From Camelus dromedarius (taxonomy: Eukaryota): a DNA stretch of 64,000 nucleotides. Of this stretch, positions 37,335-51,307 are shown piece by piece. Both the position numbers and the translations under genes were made by a program. The stretch covers positions 47,432,001-47,496,000 of the forward strand of contig NC_087436.1 in the NCBI RefSeq assembly GCF_036321535.1, given 5' to 3'. A model generated the notes under the pieces. That model saw only the letters and a list, made by a program, of their open reading frames with translations, searched no databases and was not told the DNA's origin. Position 1 is the first letter of the stretch. Every line of letters begins with the position of its first letter.

Positions 37335-39064
37335 AGTCACAGTGCTGGGAGTGAAACTGAGGCCTGTCTGACTCCGAGGCCTGTGTGTTCCTTTCACCAG
37401 GCTCCTTGGTGCCTGGAAGCCTCTCAGGGGCTTTGGCAGTTGGTGGGAAGACAAAGAAGTGAAGTGTCCCCTATGCCTACACAGAGCTCCCAGGTGTCCC
37501 AGAAGGGCATAAAGGCACATTGAAGTAGCTTCTGCCTGTAGATGTCTGTCTGGAGTGTCAGTTACATACTGAGAGGTGGGGCTCTTGTCAGGAAGCACCG
37601 CATTTGGTGTCTGGGCAAACGGCAGTTTTTAACTTTGGAACTTTTGTAGGACAGACTTTAGAAATTCTGATAAACATCTTCATATTTTAAACCATTAAAT
37701 ATTTTAATGCTTATGACCTGGCAGGATTTAAACAGTTAGATTGAGTGGCTTTTGAAAATGATCCATTTATTTTTCTCAAGTGCCTCACTTGTGTGTTTGA
37801 CTTACTTGGCTTATTCAAAGCCTCAAGTGAAGAATTTTTTTATAGTTAAAAAAAAAAACAAAAACCCCACTCATTTTTGTTGCTTTTCCAGTGACATCAG
37901 GAAAAAGTCTGCCAGTAATGCTTATTTGCCAACTAATAATAATAAAATAAAAACAATGACTCTTCCTTTCATCATTTTCTGTAGGTCATTTAGAAGGCAT
38001 TGGTACCAGATTTGTTTCCCCAGCACAAATTTTTCTCAGAACAATGAGCAGCTGTTAGCCTACTTGGTTATCAACAGGATGTCCCTGATTTTCCAGTCTG
38101 TAAAGATTTAATGGCTTGATCCCTAAATTCCATTTTAGGAATTGGGTAGGTGGGGGCAGAGCAGCATGTGGTGGGAGAGTTACTTTTCTAATGCTGAAAA
38201 TGTGTCATATGTGTACTTTTTTATTTTTGTGGGGCATTAATCGACTATGTAGAAAATTACCCCATCTCACTTAAACACTAAATCCATTTCTGGAAAGGAC
38301 CGAAAAATGCTTTTAAGACCTGTTACATGACAGTGCTGAAAGCAAGATGTATCTTGGAATGTGGTTATTATGTACAAATAATAAGCTCTGTCTTGGGCTT
38401 AAGACATTTGAATGAACGTTACCAGTTGAAATTTGGAGGAAATGTGTTGTTGGAAGCTGGGATTTTTGTTTGCCCTAAAAGTTACCCATGCAGTTGGTAA
38501 ATGACTCCTTAATAGCAGCAGATTCTGTGTAAGTGAGCAGATGTCCTTAGACAGGGACAGTAGAAATATGTTGCCATATGATGCTGGTATGTTTCTGTCA
38601 TTAGTCCATGCTTTACACTAGTATTTGAACAGTAAATTGCATGTCTGTTAGGATATAAACCCTGTTCCTCCCCAGAAACACTTCCAAGAGCTTTAACAAC
38701 CTAGAGGGACACCACTTCTTAGACTCTGAATCTAATTATAGGAGCCATAAACTCCCAAGTTTTAATTGTAACCTTTGGCCCTCTTTGAGGTCTTTGATAA
38801 TTTTGTCTTCTGCTCATTTATTTTACTGATGTTTCTGCAGTAGTGCAGCACAAGTTCACAGTCTCCTATCCAAAATCCTTGGGGTCATGTATTACTTAAT
38901 TCTCCTGGTGGGTCTGGGACATAAAGCACATTAATGTTTCAGTAGCAGAGTGAATAATTTTTCACATTAAGTGGGATCAGCAAAGGCCATAAATAAGTTC
39001 AAGTCAGTTCTGATCAGGGTTTACTAAGTTTTAGCTAAAAACTGGGTTTTTGGATTTCAGATGA

Positions 39065-39186
39065 ACACGTTAACTAATCTTATTGTGGTAACCATTTGGC
39101 AGTATGGACGTATATCATCATGTTGTATACTTTAAACTTCCATAATATTATATGTCAGTTATATCTCAATAAAGCTGGAAAAAAAT
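39065..39186 (+). mobile_element. Short L1 3' terminus, sense
   Basis: tcatcatgttgtatactttaaactt...tgtcagttatatctcaataaagctggaaaaaaa. Confidence 0.8.
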
Positions 39187-39611
39187 TGAACTTCAGATAT
39201 TTGGGTAAGCAATGGTGGATTTTTGCCACAAAAATATTTAGATCCTGTTGGTTTATTTTAAAAATAATGTTGGGGATTCTTGTAGTCTGTTCTATATGCT
39301 TTTAGCTTATATGTGTCTTGAGAACTGAAATCACTCATTTAATTCAGAAACATTAGATGTTATAGGTGTTTTAATGCTTTTTATGGGAGAGGGGGGAATA
39401 CCCTGTTTTTCTCCTGATTTTTCTATAGATGTTTCGCTCAGAATCTGTTTTTGTTTGTTTCTTACTCAAGCAGCAGCAAGTTCATATACTGTCTTCTAGT
39501 CTGGCTTTTCACATTTTCCTGCAGTTGTAATCTATGCTGTTTCTTCCCTAAATGTAGTACTAAGTTGTATTTTCTCTCCTGCTCTGATGTGTCATCTTGT
39601 AATGTGTGACA

Positions 39612-39845
39612 CAGTGTAAGTAGCTCAGTGAGAATAGGTATGCAGGGCCTTTGGGGTCAGACAGACCCAGGTTCAAATACTCCATCTCTTAGTTGTTCAT
39701 TTTGTGGCTTTGAATGTGTTATTGAAAGTTTTCTTGTTTGTAAAACAAATATTAACTATCCTATTGATTTGCTATAAACATCAAATGAGGTATTTATAAA
39801 ACACTTTGTACAGTGACTGCTACATTAGAAAACTCAGTAACTGGT
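39612..39845 (+). mobile_element. MIR SINE
   Basis: ctttggggtcagacagacccaggttcaaatac...tgtaaaa...aaaacactttgtacagtgactgctacattagaaaactcagtaa. Confidence 0.65.
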
Positions 39846-41826
39846 ACCTGTTTTTTTCTTCTCTTACCCCTGTGAAGGATCCCATGTAATGTTTTCTGAT
39901 GACATACCACCATGATTGTCTTCCTTTGATTCCTTTAAATAATAATCAGTGAGGAGGTAGAGAGGCAGAAGAAAATCAAGGACTTCTGGCTTTTATCAGT
40001 AGTGAATTTGGGACTCCTGGGCTTGGGAGGCAGGAAGAGGGAGGAGGATACTGGATTTACTCTCTGTTCCATGTCCATCTTCCTGCCTGCCGGGTGCCTG
40101 GCCTCAGCCAGGGCAAGGTAGTTTACAGGAATAAAATTAGTTTGGTTGCTGATGGTTCTGAACAAATACTTCTTTTACTTTTGAGGTGTATGGTATTCTG
40201 AACCCTGAGACAGCTGAGGTTTATTGTTGAAGACAAAGGAAATCTTTGGGGAAGTCTGTAATTTGTGTGTCAGGCCTTGGATTCCTGATGTGCAGAATGA
40301 AGGATTTGGGTTCCACAATCTAAACTCCCTTTCAACTCTTAGAATTGTGTGATGGGAGTAATTATAAGGTGTGTCTTAATTCTTTTCTACAAGCTGAAGA
40401 GTGGAGTATCCAAGTAGATTTCCTAGTTTTTGCATTGTAAGTCAGAAATATGACTCGTGACGACTGGATACTGTTCAGTGCCTGTACACAGTATAGAAAT
40501 TGGTAGAAACATTTAGAATACTAGTTGTACAAAGAAGATTGAAGGTCGTAAGTAACCAGAACCTGCCTGAGGGGAAGGATGAACCTTGTCTTTCAATTGC
40601 CTCTCTAGATTCTTCTAGTCACCTTGAAGAGTTTAAAATGATTCATACCATTGAGAAATCAAGAGGCAGACCATTAAGATTTGAGAATTTCAAGAAAATA
40701 GGTTAATACTAGAGTGATGTGATAATGTACAACCAAGGTGTGGGGTATTTTAACGTGGAATACATGAGGTGAATGAAGATACAAATTTTTTTTACCCGAT
40801 AAAAATAGGTAATAGATTTGACTTTTAAAGAATTTTTGTAACATTAAAACAAGGACTTTTTTTTTTTTTTGACAATTTGGAAAAGAAAATTTGCACATTT
40901 CAAAAAAAAAAGTCCCTGTTCCTGAAGTTCTTTCATAAACCAGTGGAGTGTATGAATTTGGCTTTATGGAATGTTGACTCTAATAAAATTCATTACATTT
41001 AAAGAAAATTTTGATGTGTAATGTATAAAGAAATAGGTCTTTGAGTGGGGACTTAAATAACTGTCCTAATTGTTATCTTTAGTATCTTTAAGAAAAATTG
41101 AAAATATTATATGCTTAATCTGCCAGACTTCTGGGACAGTGGAATTTCTCAGTTGTGGGGTGGGGAGAAGATGGTGTAGTACTAGTGGTGTTACCTGTAA
41201 GTGGTGTAGTTCAGTTTTATAATTTTATAATTAATTTTAAATTTGAAAAATAACTAGTTTATTTTTCTCTCAGAAACTGCTGAAAATAAAATTTACCAAA
41301 ATCTTTGCTAGGTTTGAGAGTAGGAAGGTAGATGATAGATAGTATTTTTCTAATGGAGTCAGGGAGCAAGTGAGATTTTATGTTTATAAAATGGGGAAGA
41401 GACATTCTTCTAGGCAATATGCCATATTGGGGTGAATCAAGAACAATTCGAATTCTAAAGAATTTGCATTGTAAATACTATGTGTATGAAGATGGGTAAT
41501 TTAGGTTCCTATATATTAATGATTTTTGGTTTGTTAGTCATACAATATCTTAATCTATTATAGATGGCGAGGAGAAGCCATTATAGGATTTGCAAATATA
41601 GATAAATCTCATTTCTTTAAGAGTTGATTATAATTTGAATGAACTACTCCCCTCTTAGCACTGTTGGGTAGGAAAACTTAATTCTTACTTGTATTATTCA
41701 CGTTGTGGAAGTTAAGGTACAAGTAAACATTAGCTGCAAAAAGGTACTTGGAGGAAGTTTTGAAACAAATATTGATTTATTTCAATGATAGTTATTGATT
41801 CTGAGTAGTCATTATTCTGCCATGCA

Positions 41827-42162
41827 TTTTATTTTATTTTACTATAGTTGATTTACAATATTGTGTTAGTTACAGGTGTACAATTTCAGATTCTTTTCCA
41901 TTATAGATTATTACAAGATAGTAAATACAGTTCCCTGTACTATACAGTAAGTCCTTATTTATGTATTTTATATATAGTAATGTATATCTGTTAATCCCAT
42001 ATTCCTAATTTATCCCTCCCCCTCCTCTTTCCCCTTTGGTAACTGTAAGTTTCTTTTCTATGTCTGTGGGTCTGTTTCTGTTTGTAAATAAATTCATTTG
42101 TATTATATTTTAGATTCCACATATAAGTGATATCATTTGGTATTTATCTTTCTCTCTGTCTG
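41827..42162 (-). mobile_element. L1 3' end, antisense (younger laurasiatherian/artiodactyl type)
   Basis: tatagttgatttacaatattgtgttagtt...ttccattatagattattacaagat...tttagattccacatataagtgatatcat. Confidence 0.85.
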
Positions 42163-44877
42163 ATATCAACGACTCTGTGATAAATTCTGAAATGAACATC
42201 TTTGTATGCTTCTCTCAAGATAAGTCCTGGAATTGGAATTGCTTGGGTTTTTGACATGTTAATCACCAGGCCTTTCAGAAATTTTACACCAGTTTTCATT
42301 CACATAAGGAGAGGAAAGTGGTATAATATTTAATCATGTGATCAGCGCATACCTGAATGTCTGGTTTATCACTGACTTTGAATCTCTGGAACCCATGAAA
42401 GTTCTTTAATTGACATGATATACAGAGAAATGTATTTGTTGATCCAGGTTCTTTCTCTGTGATCTTATGTGTTTAAGTCCTAGATGCACCACAGTTTCCA
42501 AAAAATGCAACAATTATACTATTTTGGGTGGTAAGAGTGTTTTAAAGTTTTATTTTATAATTAATATTTATTATGTAAATTTTTAGGTTCATGATATATA
42601 GATTTTTCTTTCAGTGGGGTTGAGTTACTCCCAGCATATATAGATTTTTTTATATAGATTTTTCTTTCAATAGGGTTGAGTTATTCCCTGTGTATAAATT
42701 TATGTTAGTGGTTTTGATTATTCAAAAAAATGATAACCCACAGATCACTTTTTATTCTTTTGTTCATTTCTTTTCATCTGACTAACTTTATCATTAAAAA
42801 CAGTTTGTAGGAGGTTGGAAGTATGAATAGGAAAATAGTTCTATTCTCTACCTATCTCCTTCAATCTACTTTAAAATGCAACTTGAGACTAAAGAAGTCA
42901 CTGATTTCAGGTACTAAATGAACATCTTGGCTTTTGTCTAGTGACAAAAATGAATAATTTTAGTGAAGACATTTTTCCTTGTAATTCTTTACTTTGGCTT
43001 ATTAAGTTATATAAATGAGTAAAGATCTGCAAATATATACCATGTTAATGCTTAGGATTATAATACAATCTATAAGTCTTTCCCCCCCCTCAGATTTTTC
43101 TTTCACTTGTTGTTTGTTTGTTTTGACAGTCATCTTTTAGGGAGCATGTTGTCTCTTTAAGACAATGAACAGGTTTCCTCAATCAAGAAATTGTAACTTG
43201 CAGAAGTGTGTCCTTCTAAAGAAGTATTTTCATAGTTTAGTAAGCCCAATAAAATATAAAAGGGAAGGAAAAACAAAACATTTTAAGTGAAATTTAAAAA
43301 ATATGTCCAGAGTGTTGTGGAAATATTAGATCTTGTGAGCATTTCTGCAGTTTAACTATCCTTTAATTTTTCATCCATCTTGCATAATGAGTATAAAATC
43401 TTGTGGTCCACATACTTTGAAACACATTTAAGCAGTGTGAAGAAGGAACTCTATGAACCAGATTAGGTAAACTTTGAGCTACATTTTAAGAAATGTGTTT
43501 TCTTTTTTTTAGGTTTATTTTAAATGATGGATAAATATCATATCTACTTAATTTGGGGGGAAAATATGAACCATAATGGTTTTCTACCTTTTGCTTTGAA
43601 ACATAGACATGGTGGGAGTATAAATTAATACTGATTTCTAAAACAATCTTGTGTGGACCTCAGATGCACAGAATTAGATTAATCACAATATGGTATATGG
43701 TGCACTGGTGTCATTGATCTGCGAATTACTCTTTTCAGTTTTGGTTGTTTTTATGTGTTATTTAAAAAAAAAATCACTGCATGAACAATTGTGAGTTGCT
43801 CTTGAGCTGAGAAGTATATAACTTAATCTCCCAGGTTCTCCTATCCATCCCATTCCTCTGCTGCCATTCTCCTCTCCAACCAGGAAATCACGGTCTTGAT
43901 ATTTGTATTTCTTTATTTATCTTAGCATGCAAACACAGTTTTGTCACAAGCGTGTACGCTTAAATGATATAAGATTTGTTGTACTTGTTTTCCAACTTTA
44001 TTAAAAGAGTATAATACTTTATGTTGTCTTTGGGACTTGACTCCATTATTTTGGGTACACTTACGTTACTAAGATTCTTCCATGTGGGTTGTTTATGTAG
44101 CTATAGTTTATTCATTTCATGTATATAACATAGTGTTCCATTATGAGAATGTACCACAATTTACCTAATGTTTCCTGATATCGGTGTGGGACATTCATGT
44201 TTCCTTTTTGTTGCATGTGTTCTGATGTTTTTACTGTATATTATTTTTTACTGTTATGAACAGCACTGCTGTGATTTTTTGGTGCCTGTCTCCTGCATGT
44301 GTGCAAAAGTTTCTCTTAGAAGTAGAATTTCTGAATCCTATGAAATGCAAATATCCAGCTCTACATGGTAATGCAAAATTATTTTCAAAAATGTTTTACC
44401 AGTTTACATTCTCACACTCAGTGACATACAAAAGGGCCGAATAATCCACACACTCTTCAACTGGTATAACTTTTTTGGGAAGTGATTTAAAAATTTCTTG
44501 AAAGTCTTAACATTGCATGGATTTTGGCCCATCCATTCCTCTTCTTAAGGAAATAATCAGATCTCTAATTGTCTTAAAGCACAGTGTCTAATTCTCCTCT
44601 CCTCTGTATCTCTAGTTCACACCTCTTTTCTGAACTACAGACCTATATAACCAGCTGTTATGAATGGCTAACCAATAGCTCAAATTTAACGTATCTGAAG
44701 TGTTAACTATCTCATTTTACCTCCTTTGAATCTGCTTTATCCTTTGCTTCCCCATCTCAGTTGATCGCAGTTCATTCAAGAAATCTTGGAATCATCATTG
44801 ACTCTTCTTTTTCTCTCATAGCCCATGTCTGGTCTGCCCACAAAAATGCTGTTCCCTCTACTTTCAGAATACATCTA

Positions 44878-47270
44878 GACTTCTGCTTTTAGTCATGATG
44901 GAGTAACTGGTACTGGGCTTGCCCTCCTGCACTGGACTTGCCCTCTTGCTGAAAAGTACTATAAAATTAAGTATGTGAAACACCTGTGTAAAAGCACTGG
45001 CAAACAGGCAGTGCAGGAATATGATCCGTGAAAGCTGGGAATCACCATGGACCTGTGTCTATCCTGGTTCTCTGCCCAGGGACAGTTTCCTGACCACAGC
45101 ACAGACAGTGGGGACCCAAGTGAAACACAGTGGTCCTGTTGAGCTGAGGAGGCAGAGATTGGATTGGGGACTGCTGGAACAACTGAGACTTGCAAACTAC
45201 TTACTGATGAGGAGGGTAATGCACGGCTAAGGCAGCAGACTCCTGTGAGGGTCTTCCCCAGGGTTCACTGGACTGCATTTGTGCAGCACGAAACTCTGAG
45301 GCCTGGTAAAGAGTGGCTGTGATAAGTTTGAGAGTGGATTGAAGATCCTAGAGGTTATTCTTTGTTGGAAGATGACATTCCAGCCCAGCTAGAGTGGAGA
45401 GACCTTGTTAGCATCCTAGGCATTCAACTAAGACACCAGAAACACTTGCTTTAGGAGTAAAGACCATGTCCTGGAGAAAGACTGTATCAGTCTGGGTGCA
45501 GTTGGGAGGTGGGAAATCCCCAAGAATTGGTCAGTGGAAGTTTAAAGAATTATTGAACTTTAATAGAGAAGTAACTATAGAAGTGCACAGTAAACTCTAA
45601 AGGGTACTGTGGGACTGAGGGAGATTACCCAAAGGAAGGACAGACTTAGAAAGGGGATCCCCTCCCCAAGGCTGGGCCTCAGATCTCATTGAAAAAGGTG
45701 TGGTTTCATCCCACTGGATGGTGAATTTCAGTGGATTCCTAGACCACACTGGTTCACAGATGCCAGAAAGCAGGAAACAACCCTCTGGTGCACAGGCTAG
45801 CTGATGCTGATAGTCTGGTGCTCAGGGGGCGTCAAGGCATTGGGAACCGGCTTGCTGCCAGAGTGCTGCACAGTGTGAGATACCTGTCATGGAATGAATG
45901 CAGGAAGCAACCCTTTGGGGCAAAGGGAACACAGGCTGGTGGGTGGGTGAGCAGAGGGAATTAGGGAGCTGCTGGTTGCAGTACGCTGGTATCTGCATTA
46001 GGAGGGCTGCAGCAGGGTGGTCACTGGACTCAGACTAGGGCTTTGAGGTTGTTGAAGGATTATGTACTTTGGTTTTGCTTCTGGACCAGAGTGCTACCAA
46101 ATATCCCTGTACACAGGCACCACTTCACCCATTTCCTCCTACAGTGTCCTTCTAACTCTCTCTACTGATAAAACTTAACATTGTGCTCACTGTGAAGGAG
46201 AAATGCTTAGAGTTTTCAATCCATCATCTCAGTGCAAGTACTGACAGTGAATTTGGAGTTGAAAGCAGTGGATTGATAGTTGGCACAAAAAGCTAGATTG
46301 GACCTGCCCAACAAGACTTAAAACTGAGCCTCAAAAAGATATGGAGAGGTGCCAGTAAATTACTTGCCTTCTAGAATCAGGCTCTCAACATTCTAAAGGA
46401 AAATAACAAATCCTTAAAACAAATCATTCACCAGTCCAGTGTACAATAAGAAATTACTGGAGATAAGAAGCAAGAAACTGTGATTTATAATCCAGGATAA
46501 AAACTATCACTAGAAATATACCTTGGGATGATGCTGATGTTGGAATTAGCAAATAAGAATACTAAAGCTTCTTAAAGAGAAATATAGCCTTTGGATGGGG
46601 AATCTCAGAAAAGTGGAAATTATTTTAAAAAAAGGAAATTCAAGGACTAAAAAAGTATAGTGTCTATAATGAAAACATTCATTGGATGAACTTAAAAGCA
46701 GACTAGAGTTGGCAGAAGAAAAGTTCAGTGAGTTTTTTAAAAACACAGTTTCTATTATTTGAAAAAAGAAAATAAATGAGAAAAAAATGAGCAGAGCCTC
46801 AGTAACTTGTGGGCATATGTATAATGGAGTTATACAATATGTCAAGCCATCTAACATATGTATAATTGGAGTTCTGAAAGAAAAGAGAGAGAATGTGGCA
46901 GAAAAGTTTCTGAAAAAAATAATGGTTTGAAAGTTTTCCAAAATTGGTGGATACCATCAGCCTACAAATTCAAGAAGCCCAGTAAATATCAGAAAGAGTA
47001 AACGCAAAGAAGACCACACTTAGGCACATAGTAGTCAATCTGCTGAACATTTACGATAAAGAGGAACCTTGAAAGCAGAGACTTGGGAAGAAGGAGGGGG
47101 AACAGTAGAGAGATGATAGAAATGATGGCCAACTTCTCAAGAGCAACAAGAACTAGAAGCAATGGAGTAACATTTAAAAAAAAGTCTTAATCTAGAATTC
47201 TATAGTCAAGCAGAAATAAAGGTAAAGACATTTTCAGATAAATGAAAGTTGAGAATCTTCTTAGGGAGGA
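44878..47270 (+). mobile_element. Old L1 5' UTR/ORF1 remnant (sense), interrupted by an LTR
   Basis: Begins gacttctgcttttagtcatgatggagtaac. The A-rich ORF1-like tract 46480-47270 contains gcagagcctcag...tataattggagttc...cctacaaattcaagaagc...ctagaattctata. Confidence 0.65.
45483..46287 (-). mobile_element. ERVL solo LTR (LTR41/LTR52-like)
   Basis: TG...CA termini. The minus strand begins TGTGCCAACTATCAATCCACTGCTTTCAACTCCAAATTCAC, resembling the LTR41 family (from memory). Confidence 0.6.
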
Positions 47271-47879
47271 AAGGTTTTTCAGAGACCTTCCAGCAAACTT
47301 CCTCAGAGGTCCTGTTATTTGCCCAGATGCCCATGCTGTATGGCTGTGTGTCAAGGCAGGCTGAGAAGGCAAGGACCTGACATTTCCATTCTTTAGAGTG
47401 AGGTTTCTGTCACCAAGGAACAGGGAGATAGGGCAAAGAGAAATCAGTTATTGCCAGGCAACGAGCAGTGTTTGCCACACATGAATTAAATTAATTTTAT
47501 AAACAGAAAGAAAATGACAAAGCTATATGTAATTTGCTGCACAGATGCAAGTAAAGCAGAAAAGAAGTCGTTTGTTGTTAGGTTGGCCATTTTCACATTC
47601 TTAGAGAACCTGTAGGCATCATCTTTCATTCCTTCTTCAATATGCATTCAATTTCTTGACAGCATGCTAGCTACTGGGCATAAAAAGATAAGTAATACAT
47701 CTTAACCTCCATCTGCTGGATAGATAGACAGCTCTTACTGGTTTTTAGCAACCATCTTCTTGGCAGCATGTCATCTTTTTCAGAGAGTGGATGATTTTTC
47801 TTTAGAAACACTGATTAGGAAGCAATTAATTCAACTGTGATTGTCAGGAAATACTTCATAGTATTTGTGACTGTCCTTT

Positions 47880-48075
47880 ATTGAGGGCCAGGTGCTGTCC
47901 TGAGTACTTTCAAATCTCCCATCAATCTTATGTGTTAAATATTATCATTCTTATTTTTATAAATTAGGGAACTGAGGCTTATATAAGGAAATTGCCTACA
48001 GGCATTCCATCAGTTAGGGGCAAAGTTAGGATTCAAATCTAGGACAGCCTGACTCTAAAGCCTGTGTTCTTAACC
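47880..48075 (-). mobile_element. MIR SINE
   Basis: ggccaggtgctgtcctgagtacttt...gggaactgaggctt...aggattcaaatctaggacagcctgactctaaagcctgtgttcttaacca. Confidence 0.75.
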
Positions 48076-49410
48076 AGAAACTGATGGGTGTGGGCTGACT
48101 TGCATTCTCTTGATTAAAACATATTACCTTTTCAAGTTGACTCAGGAGGCATTCTTGGAAGAGTTACATGTGATTTACTTATTCATGGCTATTAAAATTT
48201 TAGAAATCTGCTCATAAGGGAACCATTCACTAAAATATATATCGAAATCATTCAGGTCACCTGCAGGAGAATGTTCTCTCCATGTTTGTTGTGTTTATGT
48301 TTAAATTACTCATATAACCTCTAAAAGAAATCAGAGAAGCAATTCCTGTAATTTTACAAGACGAAATTAGGACTGATCACTGTCACCAGTATGCTTTTGG
48401 TCAAAAAGTATTCCTAGTTTATTTAGCACTTGAATAATTTAAGCACGTAGACATAAATATTTAATGAGTAAAATCAGTTCATCCAGATTCAGAGAACTTA
48501 GACTGCCTTTTTAACTTAAGTCTGTAAGCAGTAGCTATTTTGCATGAGACAGAAGAGATTTTCCATTTAAGTGGAGTTACAAAGTAGTTAATTGATGATT
48601 TGATTCTGACTGACCCCTTGCTAAAAATTCTGAGTCTGAACTAGCAAAGGTGTTCAGTGTGTCTGCTATGAAGGGGCAGAGGGGAACGAGCAGAATTTTC
48701 ATGAAGAGCTGAACCTGGGGTGGGTGGAGGAAAAGGTGGTATATACGGGGAACAAAGGTCTTCTAGCATTGTGCTTTGCCATCTTGTTAATACAGAATTA
48801 TTGCCAATCAATGCAAGCAGAAATAATACTATAATTAAAAAAGAGGTAGTTACAGGACCGTGGAGTCCTTTCTGTTTGGCTGGCATATGGGGAAAGCAAA
48901 CAGGAGGCTTTTTAATGGACTGTGTTTGGAAGTGGCACACATCACTTTGGCTCTCATTCCGTTGACCAGAACCCAGCCATATGGCCACGCTGCAAGGGAG
49001 ACTGAAAATTATATTAAACTATGTGTTCAGGAAAAAGGATAATAAAGGTACATAGAAACACAGGTGTATGGAAAACTAAACAAGCAGAAAAAAATCAAGG
49101 GAATTATTAACTCTAGGAAAAACAAATAGTTGTACAAGGAAAGGAATAAGATAAAGGTGATAATAACAGCTAATTAACATTTACTGTATACTTACTCTGT
49201 ACCAGGTCCTGTTCTAAGTCCTCACATGCTCCATCTGTAAATTTTCTTAAAAGTTGTTTGAGATATGTACTATTGTAATTCCCATTTTACAGATGAATGT
49301 TTATTTCACCAGAAGTGGAATGTGATAGTGAATGAGGATAGTGTAGTAAGAGTCAAATATCTTTTATAGTGAATGTGGAAATAAGTAATGTGGAAAGAAC
49401 ATCTGTATTA

Positions 49411-49524
49411 CAGTTGACCCTTGAACAACACAAATTTGAACTGTGCAAGTTCACATGTACATGGAATTGGATACGGAGGGCCGACTGTGGGACTTGAGCA
49501 TCCTCGGATACTGAGGGATAACTG
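49411..49524. mobile_element. Tigger-family MITE
   Basis: TA-flanked element with inverted termini cagttgaccct...agggataactg, 114 bp. Confidence 0.75.
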
Positions 49525-50369
49525 TATATAGTATCTTAAGTTAAATTGTCAAGGCACAGCAGCATATGCATTCAATTTAGAAATATAAAGGTAAATATCA
49601 GTAGAAACAACTAAAAAAAGTTGAAATGCCTCAGGTGCAGTTCAAGTGTAGGATAAGGGACTGCCCCCATGCTATTGTGCTTTCTGAACTATGTTGATAA
49701 AAATAAAGTACTTGGTATAAGAGAAACTATTAAGAGAGGTAAAATGAATGTGATGTGTAGTGGTCATCATTTATACTTATTTTCATGTAGAACTGAGATG
49801 GTTTTGGTAAGTCACTCAATAATGGAGCCTTATACTGAAGGGGAGCTAAGACCAAATTTCTAGACCTGGGTTTGTTCTACACTATTGGCCAAGTCACTCA
49901 ACCTTTGAGTTTAATGAGAATGATGACCTCTTACTTTAACTTCTAAAGTTCCACAGTTCTAGGTGTTAAACTGTAAGTCTTAATACGGAAGTGTAGGCCA
50001 AAAAGCTAGTAGTTTTGCATGCCACATGGCTGTTTCATCACAACCACACCTCGTTTTATTCTTACCTAGTATCCTGGGTAGTAGTCACTTAGCTAACAGG
50101 ATTATCTCAGTACCAGTTTCTCAGTAAGTATTCATGTAATTTAAATCATTTTCATCAAGTTTTTTTTTAACTTACTAAAGTATAACTTAGAGAAAAGAGC
50201 ACATAGCTCAAGTGTACGTACAGCTGAGTGAACTCTTACAGTGAGCATACTCTTGATTACCAGCACCAGGATTGGACTGTGGGTCAAGAAACAGAACATT
50301 GCCAGGATCTCCTAGAACTAACACCCAAGTGGATTAGGTATAAGGTTTTATTTCCAGGGTTGATCTGAA

Positions 50370-50657
50370 AGAGTATAGACTTTCAGTTATAAGATGAGTA
50401 AGTTCTGAGGCTCTCACATACAGCTTGTTGATTGGTTAATTATATTGTATTGTATACTTGAGATTTGCTGAGAGAGTAGATCTGAAGTGCTCTCACCATA
50501 GGTACAAAAAGGTAACTGTGTCATAGTGTGCGTGTTAATTAGCTTGATTATGGTAAATATTTCATAATGTATATGTATATCAAATCATCATGCTGTAGGC
50601 TTTAAATATGAACAGTTTATATTTGTCAGCTATGCTCAATAAAGCTGAGAAAAAAGA
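50370..50657 (+). mobile_element. L1MA-like 3' end, sense, nested in an older antisense L1
   Basis: ctttcagttataagatgagtaagttctg...gagagtagatctgaagtgctctcacca...tcaataaagctgagaaaaaa. The motif agaacatt is repeated on both flanks. Confidence 0.8.
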
Positions 50658-50831
50658 AGAACATTCTTATTATCCCAGGAGCCCCTTTCAGTTGCCTCTT
50701 TCAAAGGATCAATCACTAGCCTGATCTAACCAATAAATTAGATTTTGAACTATATATAAATGACATCTAGTAGTTGTGTAAAATCATACACATGGAGACA
50801 TATATCTCTTACCAATAAAAAAAGTATATAA

Positions 50832-50855
50832 ACACACACACACACACACACACAC
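50832..50855 (+). repeat. (AC)12 microsatellite
   Basis: Direct count. Confidence 0.95.
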
Positions 50856-51077
50856 ATACATATAAGCATCCATATACATTTATACTTTTAGAGTTTTTGG
50901 AAGGACATTGGTTTCCAGTTTTGTTTCTGGCTTCTCAAGAAGAACATTTAAATTTGTTGAGGTTTCCTACTGATAGATATTGATTGTATAAGAATTGTAT
51001 GCATTTAATATCCACTTCCCATTTCTAAGTACTGGTCATAAAATCACGGTTATCTAATGTGAAAACTTTTATTCTAG

Positions 51078-51307
51078 GTTCAGTGGCATTGCAGAGCACG
51101 GATGGTTGCAGGAGCCAATTTTTACATCGTTGGACGAGACCCTGCTGGCATGCCTCATCCAGAAACAGGGAAGGATCTTTATGAACCAACTCATGGTGCC
51201 AAAGTGCTGACCATGGCCCCTGGCCTGATCACCTTGGAGATAGTTCCCTTTCGAGTTGCAGCTTACAACAAGAAAAAGAAGCGTATGGACTACTATGACG
51301 CTGAGCA
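51078..51307 (+). CDS. PAPSS1: PAPS synthase 1 coding exon (approx. exon 11), GRDPAG motif
   Basis: Acceptor ttttattctag| and donor GCA|gtaagt. 230 nt, phase 0-2. Translates [76 protein letters not shown](H/Q). Confidence 0.97.

Noticed and set aside
51270..51284. KKKKR as a novel nuclear localisation signal
   Set aside because: It is part of the ordinary PAPSS1 sequence as I recall it, and the characterised localisation motif is N-terminal, outside this window.
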